Positions 30,801 to 36,545 of a stretch of DNA of 36,545 nt are shown here, piece by piece. The stretch spans positions 1 through 36,545 of the forward strand of contig JBFHGI010000001.1 in the NCBI GenBank assembly GCA_041583175.1, written 5' to 3'. Both the position numbers and the translations under genes were made by a program. This DNA comes from Pseudorhodobacter sp. (lineage in GTDB: Bacteria > Pseudomonadota > Alphaproteobacteria > Rhodobacterales > Rhodobacteraceae). Every line of letters starts with the position of its first letter. Position 1 is the first letter of the stretch. The notes beneath the pieces were generated by a model. It was not told the DNA's origin. It was given only the letters and a program-made list of their open reading frames with translations, and searched no databases.

Positions 30801-32319
30801 CCAGATCGATATCTTCGATGTTCCAAGGGTTTGTCCGGATGGGCAAGCCTTCTTTCGGCGGTTCGGTTCCCAGAACCAGCAGGCGCGGCCGGGTCTGCAG
30901 GCCCAGGCGGCGTGTCAGGGTGAAAACATCGGTGCGGTTCACGCGCCAGGTCGATTGCAAGCGCGCCAGATCCGGCAACATCTGCTTTCCCAAACCCCGC
31001 AACCGGCGGCGCTGTTTCGCATCAAGCTGGTCGATATCGGCAGCCAGATCATATTCGACCACATATTCGCCGGTGTCCGGATCTGTCAGACCCCGAACCC
31101 GGTCGCAGCTCAGAACCGGAAAAAAGCCGCTGGTCTGCCCCAGTTGCATGGGGATGCCGCAAGCGTAGCGCGACAGGATGCGGACCACGCCGCTGCTGTT
31201 GCGGACCCAGTCGATACTGGGCATCCGGTGCCAGATAATGAAATCCAGCCCATCAAAGATATCCGCATTCTGTGACAGGGTTCGCGCCACAAATTTTGGC
31301 GGTGCCTGAATTGCATTGCGTTCGTGAAACAGCTGCGCCGCTGGATCGATGACGCCGGCAGGTGTACCGACCACGATGCAAGAGGTCTGATCCGCGTTCA
31401 ATTCGGGCAAAGTGGCATCATCATTCTGGGGCGCAGGCAGCACTTTCTCTTCGATGCGTTTGCGCAGGGCCGTCACGCCTATTCTTTGGTTGGTCTTGAT
31501 ATCGACAAAGCGGGTGTTTTGGACAAGCATTTGCTCTACTGCCGCTTTGCCCGCCTGAAAAGCCTGTTGCAATGGTGCGTGCCGGCCAAAGGCTGCCTCC
31601 GCCGCTATGACGTCCCGCCCCATCAGGACGGCCAGGGCTGCCAGCAGCGCATCTTGGGTTATGACGCTGCTGCAATGCTGCAAGCCTGTACGCTTGCTTA
31701 TGTTTGGAGGCAGGATTACCGTTTTGGCCCGCTGCAAGGCGATGGTTTTTGCCAGAGGCAAATCCAGCGGCACCGTGCTGAGCACATATCCTTTCGGCAG
31801 CGTCTCAAGTGCTGCCCCGACAGCGCTTGACGGCACAAACGCAATCTTCGGCACAGGAATATCTTGCGCCGCTTCTGCCAGGTCGGCAGGTAAAATGCTT
31901 TGGGGGCCTTTGGGTTCTGCGCGCCCTGCGCTGTCGTCCCCCGGGGGCAGCAGCATAAAGCTGGTGATCCCGGTTTCTGACACGCCAAGCGCCGAGACTT
32001 CAGGGTTGATCAGACCCGGGTATACCACCCCCAGGATGCTATGCCCCTTGGCTTGCAGCGTCTGGGTCATGGTCTGTTGTGCATCTTTGCCCATGCCGGA
32101 CCACAGCACATAGGTTCGAGGGGCCTTGGGAGTGTTTTCATGCACAGCAGCAGGGCGTTTGAAGCCAAGCCATTGCCGTATTCCCTGCAACACCGGATCG
32201 TGCTGCTCGCCGCTGCCATGCTCTGTAAAGGCCCAGACATATTCCGGAAAAGCGGCTTTGAGTTGTGCGTGGCACTCTTCTGGAAAGGCAATGGCCGTAA
32301 TCTGCATGCGGTCTCTCAA
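27820..32319 (-). CDS. Multidomain protein: tandem degenerate KpsC-like domains + TPR region + FlmG/FlbA-like GT-B glycosyltransferase
   Basis: Residues ~555-640 (VDGFHTIASPLGFAALLTQKPLTVYGKPAYAGLGLTRD...FIDPLTG) resemble KpsC. The central part has helical A/L-rich TPR-like repeats (ALQLDALD, AVALYPND). The C-terminus has EGGVGDEI, LYRRSFP, LKADP...W, FVSLEY, DDFDGVLALATALDCVVG. Start TTG 32319 or ATG 32307. Confidence 0.72.
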   Translation of the reverse strand: MRDRMQITAIAFPEECHAQLKAAFPEYVWAFTEHGSGEQHDPVLQGIRQWLGFKRPAAVHENTPKAPRTYVLWSGMGKDAQQTMTQTLQAKGHSILGVVYPGLINPEVSALGVSETGITSFMLLPPGDDSAGRAEPKGPQSILPADLAEAAQDIPVPKIAFVPSSAVGAALETLPKGYVLSTVPLDLPLAKTIALQRAKTVILPPNISKRTGLQHCSSVITQDALLAALAVLMGRDVIAAEAAFGRHAPLQQAFQAGKAAVEQMLVQNTRFVDIKTNQRIGVTALRKRIEEKVLPAPQNDDATLPELNADQTSCIVVGTPAGVIDPAAQLFHERNAIQAPPKFVARTLSQNADIFDGLDFIIWHRMPSIDWVRNSSGVVRILSRYACGIPMQLGQTSGFFPVLSCDRVRGLTDPDTGEYVVEYDLAADIDQLDAKQRRRLRGLGKQMLPDLARLQSTWRVNRTDVFTLTRRLGLQTRPRLLVLGTEPPKEGLPIRTNPWNIEDIDLVQRLLVDHPGAEILYHPRGADKAILTAIEHLSDRVRAVAGDLEVAELAQVVDGFHTIASPLGFAALLTQKPLTVYGKPAYAGLGLTRDLDLNGQERPLLVEVPMDLNSFIGWYYTENILFIDPLTGHKTSYKDYAKDWFPGRGDLRDSIADRLLAQLHDNPKVETRNSVLQVLRNHLKHDHAKALINAIDLTAEIQERPVAALTLAETYADLRDWRKALQIAKDVQETHQATIIGKVAECVVKIRARIHTTEDRQEFGPYLLTALRKTPASEIEKIGNALMARRYFGSALLIFRSIQPSNALLGAIFRCQIGKSDLEGARHTITDLVARGAPEIDVETLNLTLQETTGNWPEAMAILKRRCQKTPGNLDLRQRYAVACAEAGEFDQAHDNYLLLIRSVKGEAAVRALAALELSRLNVSAARSLLEAYMVTAPNARGLHRLMADCLAYENRLHEACDYYFKALQLDALDTPSYTKLRELEGELEAAGSAPDPLWSTRFRAHIATVQDHTVETLLGQGRLGLLDNDLETMRHNAARAVALYPNDMRAYAWLGHAIAWGGGKDGGRRDAAEIRSIISHYRASISAGAEDGWWTSYDFVRSLAFLGQTSEIRSLLREQYHTLFVGQKHRTGWPRFMAGAALSDLDLAFGGLRDFPRSALIRKHARNFRLADSIEGIRPNEKVLFLSEGGVGDEIRYAIPYPELAKRFPDAAFSVDERLAPLYRRSFPEVAEFLPLPRFHRKRMNRDLLDHIRDLPDQALAQFFDSKLWAKANKMDVVMPAPSVMADLRPDAASFNQGPQPRLKADPDLVAAWRKRLAPYAGTLLVGVIGTSRILEYQRIANYFTPDQFGEMYRMQGVTFVSLEYEDDEELADHIRTTFGANLLTFPDLDKMDDFDGVLALATALDCVVGVNTATIELTAFGGVDTIFAAPNATHIWRDPQGTGQDLFFDTMEVVLCDDPSDKPLLTARIVEKLAARRDRKLAHKALKPQTRKRTIAS

Positions 32320-32446
32320 TATACTGGTTTAAAGATAGAACAGGTCTCGCCCTTGGCTTTTCCGGGTTGAGTACAGCAGAAATCCGCATTTTCCAATCCG
32401 TCTTTTGACCCTGTGGCCCTGCCGAAAGGGGGAGGGCACCATCCTT

Positions 32447-34291
32447 TTAAGGGTCCGCTTGGTCTTGTGTCGTGCAATGAGACGGCCGGCCCAGCCTCGC
32501 TTGCCAGAACGGCCCTTGGGTCAGCTCGGCATAGCCTTTGGTCCAGGATGATTTGAGCCTTGGATATCGCCACATCAAACGACAGATATTGATGGCCATG
32601 CCAAGGCCTTCGCGAAAGCCCCGGATCTTGTCGTGACGCACGGTATAGGTCTGGGCATTGCGCGCATCGTGATAGGTGATACGGGCCGCGCCAAGAACCT
32701 TGTGTACCGCCCCCCGGTCCTGCGCGCTCAGCACGATCCGATTGCCGTAAAGGTCAAAAAAAGGCAGAAGATGCCCGTTCATCGTCAGCTTCATGAAACG
32801 CTCTGCGCCTCTGCTTTTCACGCTAAACCGCTGTTTGGTTTCCATCGCTGCTGCGGGGGTGTGGTTCGCGGGCAGATCGCGCCAAGTCTCGATATCGCGC
32901 AGCGCGGTGATCTGTTTGCGCCGGTCCGCCAGATCGGCGTTTTCGGCAAAGAAATCCGGCCCTTGCAACACGTCCTCGACGGCCTGATTCATCGCGGCCA
33001 AAGTCTCATAATGGCAGGAATAGAGACTGCGTGCGAAAAACCACGCGGCAATCCGCGCCGTGCGCCAGCGCCCGATATCCAGCGCGGGAAGGGACAGGTG
33101 ATGTGCCAGATGGCTGCGCAGATCGAGGTAAAGCGTCATCAGGCTTTCACGCTCTGAAAAACCGATGTCCTGAAAGCTCATCACACCCGGCAGGGTGAGG
33201 GTGTTGAATGGGTTGGCCAGACCAAAGCTGATATCATCGCCGCGCACAAAAAACGGGAAAGGCATATGGGTAGCATGATCGACCGGAAAGGCAAAATACC
33301 ACCAGCCGCCATAATGCTGTGGCGGGGGCGGCGCGGTGGTTTCCAGCTCCATCTCGATCACGGCGGCAGGGTTACGCAGATCGGTGCCGTTGTAGCAGGG
33401 GCGGCAATGGCTGGCAAAAACCGCGCCGTTTTCCCACAAGATCGCCGGGTCATGCCCTGACGAGATTGCCCCCGCCACGGCTGTGGCTGGATCGGTGGCA
33501 TAGGCCAGAAATACCCATGTCCGTTCCAGCGAGGCCATGTGGATGGCAGCATCATCATCCATGAACAGGCAGTGGCTGGCCCCACGCGTCCGCGCCTCGA
33601 TCAAACCGCGGGCAAACCCGCCGGAGCCGCCCAGATTTTCATTGGGGATCACACAGAGCTTGTCACTTTGCGCAATCTGCGCGCTGGAGCCATTATCGAC
33701 AATCACCAAAGAGATATGGTCCGCCAATGGCGATTTGCGGATGAAATCTTCAAACCGGGCGGCGGTGCGGGCAACAGCGGCCTCGCGCCGGAAGGTGGTG
33801 ACAGACAGCATCAACTGCGGCTGCCGGAGCGGGGCCTGAGACGTGACCCAATCAATCCCTGTCACCTGTGCCTGCCCGCTTATCCCTCTGATCTCATAGT
33901 AAAGCACTGCGGCATCGGGACCGGGTGGCAGGGGAATGGCAATCCCGGCCTTCTGGCTTTGCCCGCAATGCACGGTTTGCACTGTCAGCCGTTCGCGCTG
34001 TTCCTGCGCACAGGCCCGCCAGATCGTGACCTCCAAACAGCCCGCCCCTGCCCCGATCGACAGGGAGAGTGACAAGGTTTGCAATCCGCAGCGGCTTTGC
34101 CATTTGCCAAGATTGAACAGGTTGAAATAGCAATCTCCCCGCAACACGCCGCCCGCACCAAATTGCAGCGTGGCGTGATCCGCAAGCGCGTGGACATCGC
34201 CGGACAGCCGCATGTAAAGCCGGGTATCGGCCCGAAAATCCGCCTCGGGCCAGATCATGGACTGAAGCACCTTAGGCTGTCTGTCAGTCAA
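32447..34291 (-). CDS. GT2 glycosyltransferase, GlfT2-like galactofuranosyltransferase B
   Basis: DCYFNLF N-domain, TTFRRE, IVDNG, NENLGGSGGFARGL, FMDDD, GGWWYFAFP, FFVRGDDISF. Start uncertain: TTG 34291 chosen; GTG 34270 or ATG 34258 are possible. Confidence 0.8.
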   Translation of the reverse strand: MTDRQPKVLQSMIWPEADFRADTRLYMRLSGDVHALADHATLQFGAGGVLRGDCYFNLFNLGKWQSRCGLQTLSLSLSIGAGAGCLEVTIWRACAQEQRERLTVQTVHCGQSQKAGIAIPLPPGPDAAVLYYEIRGISGQAQVTGIDWVTSQAPLRQPQLMLSVTTFRREAAVARTAARFEDFIRKSPLADHISLVIVDNGSSAQIAQSDKLCVIPNENLGGSGGFARGLIEARTRGASHCLFMDDDAAIHMASLERTWVFLAYATDPATAVAGAISSGHDPAILWENGAVFASHCRPCYNGTDLRNPAAVIEMELETTAPPPPQHYGGWWYFAFPVDHATHMPFPFFVRGDDISFGLANPFNTLTLPGVMSFQDIGFSERESLMTLYLDLRSHLAHHLSLPALDIGRWRTARIAAWFFARSLYSCHYETLAAMNQAVEDVLQGPDFFAENADLADRRKQITALRDIETWRDLPANHTPAAAMETKQRFSVKSRGAERFMKLTMNGHLLPFFDLYGNRIVLSAQDRGAVHKVLGAARITYHDARNAQTYTVRHDKIRGFREGLGMAINICRLMWRYPRLKSSWTKGYAELTQGPFWQARLGRPSHCTTQDQADP

Positions 34292-34307
34292 GGCCGGGAC
34301 ATCCGTA

Positions 34308-35429
34308 TCATGCTTTGCCCCGGATAGTTTTGTCGCGCAACGTTTCCAGAAACGCCCGCGCCTTTGCATCGCGCAACTCGGCCAAAACCGCAGGCGTCAT
34401 TTGTGCCAAAGCCTGTGCAGCGGCATCGGCATAAGGCAGCGGGCGGGGGATGATCATAGACTCGATCCGTGGAAAAAAGCTCTGGGTCTTTGCCACAGTG
34501 TTCAGATAGGCATGAATTGGCTGAAACCGATGCAGCATTTGGGCGCGTTGCGCCTCCCCCAGCATTTCAATATTCCTGTTGGCGGGCAAATCAATTCGGC
34601 TCCCGCAGGACATGAGGAACTCGCGCAACCTTTCGCGTGATGCGATAGGCAGGCTGTGATTGCCCAATCGCATGATCTCCATCACGGCCAAGGGCAGGCT
34701 TTTGTTGATCCGGGGCGGCGGGGTTAGCCCCGCAGGAAAAGTGACCATGCTGTGGGCGCGAAAATCCTTCACAGAATTGCCGGTTTCCAGGACAGAGCCG
34801 TAATCGCGCAGGGTGATTTCCGCGTCTTTGCATTTTTCCAGCCAAGGGGCCACGACAAGGGAATAATCGAAATGCACCGTTGGAAAATACTCCCCCAACG
34901 CGCGATCCAGCGGGGCCAGAGCCTCCCCCACTTTCAGGCGCTGCCCGTGCCAGGACACCAGATAATCATCCGGACGGCGCAAAACGGCATAAACCTGCAT
35001 CTCCGAGACCTTCGGGAACAGGGCCAGTAGCCGGTCGATCAAACCCGGATCGACCTCGCCAAAGTTTGAAAACACCTCCGAGCACATGATCACGGCTTCC
35101 GGGGCCAGCCGCTTTAGCTGGGTTTGCAGCGTGGCGATCATCTGGTCCAGCGGCGGCATATCTTCAAACTGGGGCGGTACCGGGCGACGGCAAACCTCGT
35201 GGATCATCCGATACGCCAGGGCGCTATGCGGTTCTCGCAGATAAGGCGGCAGGAAGGCGGGTTTGTCGGTAAGGCCGATGGATTGGCGCAGCATGTGGGT
35301 CAGTCCGCGCGGGTCCACCGCCGGATATAAAATACCGGCTTGCAGCAGCTTATGCGCATTCTGGGCCAGAAACGCCTGCAAAGAGGTCGAGCCAACCTTG
35401 TGATGGCCGATATACAGAATGAGCTTCAT
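34308..35429 (-). CDS. Sulfotransferase-fold (P-loop) protein, putative glycan sulfotransferase
   Basis: LYIGHHKVGSTSLQ PSB-like loop, MCSEVF, LRRPDDYLVSW; starts 3 nt after the manC stop. Confidence 0.65.
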   Translation of the reverse strand: MKLILYIGHHKVGSTSLQAFLAQNAHKLLQAGILYPAVDPRGLTHMLRQSIGLTDKPAFLPPYLREPHSALAYRMIHEVCRRPVPPQFEDMPPLDQMIATLQTQLKRLAPEAVIMCSEVFSNFGEVDPGLIDRLLALFPKVSEMQVYAVLRRPDDYLVSWHGQRLKVGEALAPLDRALGEYFPTVHFDYSLVVAPWLEKCKDAEITLRDYGSVLETGNSVKDFRAHSMVTFPAGLTPPPRINKSLPLAVMEIMRLGNHSLPIASRERLREFLMSCGSRIDLPANRNIEMLGEAQRAQMLHRFQPIHAYLNTVAKTQSFFPRIESMIIPRPLPYADAAAQALAQMTPAVLAELRDAKARAFLETLRDKTIRGKA

Positions 35430-35432
35430 ATC

Positions 35433-36545
35433 TCAGGTGGCATCTCTGGCATAGACATCTTCATAGCGGATAATGTCATCTTCGCCCAGATAGCTGCCGG
35501 TTTGGACCTCGATCAGCACCATCGGGGTTTTGCCGGGGTTTTCCATGCGGTGCTTTTCGCCCAAAGGGACATAGACGGACTGGTTTTCGGAAATCAGTTC
35601 CACCCGATCACCAATTGTTACCCGCGCGGTGCCCTCGACCACGATCCAATGCTCCGAGCGGTGCATATGGCTTTGCAGGCTCAGCACAGCGCCGGGTTTG
35701 ACCACAATCCACTTGACCTGAAACCGGCCGCCGACCATCAGGCTGTCAAACCAGCCCCAGGGCCGGAAATCCCGTGGCAGTTGCACGGCTTGCGCCGCCC
35801 CTTTGGCCATCAGGGTGGGCACAACCTCTTTGATGCGTTGTGCATGGCGCCTGTCGGCGACCAGCACGGCATCTGGCATCGCGACCGCGATGATATTGTC
35901 CAGCCCAAGGCCAACCAGCTGCAGCTTGTCATCTTCGGAGCGCAGCAAGCTGTTTTTGCAGTCGATCGCCGTGGCGGGGCCGGAGGTCGCGACCCCGTCG
36001 GCATCCGGTTCCATAGCTTGCCAGACTGCATTCCAGTCGCCCAGGTCGGACCAGCCAGCCGGAAGCGCCACGACTGAAATATTGGCGGCATGTTCCATCA
36101 CCGCGTAATCAATGGAAATATTGCGGGCCTGCGCCCAAGCTTTCGGCTCCAACCGCAAAAAACCAAGGTCGCTGCGCGCTGCATCAACCGCTTGCGTGAC
36201 TGGGTCTATCAGGTCGGGGGCATGGGCGCGGAACGCCTCTATGATGCTACGGGCACTAAACAGGAACATCCCGCCATTCCACAGGAAATTACCCTGTTCC
36301 AGCATCGCTGCCGCCTGCGTTGCATCCGGTTTTTCCACAAAACGCCGGACCGGGGCCACCTGGCCGACCGCAACCGGGGCCGCAGCCTCCAGATAGCCAT
36401 AACCGGTTTCGGCCCATTCGGGGGGGATGCCAAAGGTTACGAGACCCCCGGCCTGCACCGTGTTCAGCCCTGCCCGCACGGCCGCGCGGAACCCTTGCGC
36501 ATCGGGGATACGGTGGTCCGAGGGGGCCACCAGCATGATCGCATC
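35433..36545 (-). CDS. manC: Mannose-1-phosphate guanylyltransferase / mannose-6-phosphate isomerase, 5' end outside window
   Basis: PSDH, ETGYGY, FVEKP, WNGGMF, ISIDYAVME, WSDLGDW, RPWG, cupin LSLQSH.HRSEHWIVV; frame open to the window edge. Confidence 0.95.
   Translation of the reverse strand, partial: DAIMLVAPSDHRIPDAQGFRAAVRAGLNTVQAGGLVTFGIPPEWAETGYGYLEAAAPVAVGQVAPVRRFVEKPDATQAAAMLEQGNFLWNGGMFLFSARSIIEAFRAHAPDLIDPVTQAVDAARSDLGFLRLEPKAWAQARNISIDYAVMEHAANISVVALPAGWSDLGDWNAVWQAMEPDADGVATSGPATAIDCKNSLLRSEDDKLQLVGLGLDNIIAVAMPDAVLVADRRHAQRIKEVVPTLMAKGAAQAVQLPRDFRPWGWFDSLMVGGRFQVKWIVVKPGAVLSLQSHMHRSEHWIVVEGTARVTIGDRVELISENQSVYVPLGEKHRMENPGKTPMVLIEVQTGSYLGEDDIIRYEDVYARDAT

Noticed and set aside
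32316-32573. 85-aa ORF and GAAA-loop hairpin near 32417-32438 as a gene or c-di-GMP riboswitch
   Set aside because: The ORF overlaps GT B and has no motifs; the hairpin is imperfect, the GAAA loop is on the non-coding strand and no second riboswitch helix is evident.

Overview
GC-rich alphaproteobacterial surface-glycan island. It looks Rhodobacteraceae-like, judged only from protein style. It carries three paralogous RTX-type Ca-binding secreted proteins: 1-2421 (5'-truncated), 2631-4463 and 23333-26899. They share a 73/82-aa repeat and a C-terminal DFIF motif but have unrelated N-termini. Precursor genes are glf, ugd, glmM, manC (truncated by the window edge) and PAPS synthesis genes cysD-cysNC. 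A full pseudaminic-acid pathway is present (pseB, pseG, pseC, pseI, a PseH-like GNAT and an SpsF/FlmC-type cytidylyltransferase), with an ACP / adenylating enzyme / SDR cassette coupled to the GNAT. There are also two GlfT2-like galactofuranosyltransferases, each linked to a sulfotransferase-fold protein, and a small beta-trefoil-like protein. The most unusual element is a 1499-aa protein with two degenerate KpsC-like domains, a TPR region and a FlmG/FlbA-type glycosyltransferase domain, translationally coupled to the cytidylyltransferase. It suggests a glycosylation system using an N-acylated pseudaminate, possibly acting on the RTX proteins or on a sulfated galactofuranan. No RNA genes, CRISPR, transposases, flagellin, T1SS or polysaccharide export genes were recognised. 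All family calls come from motif recognition by eye, not database searches.
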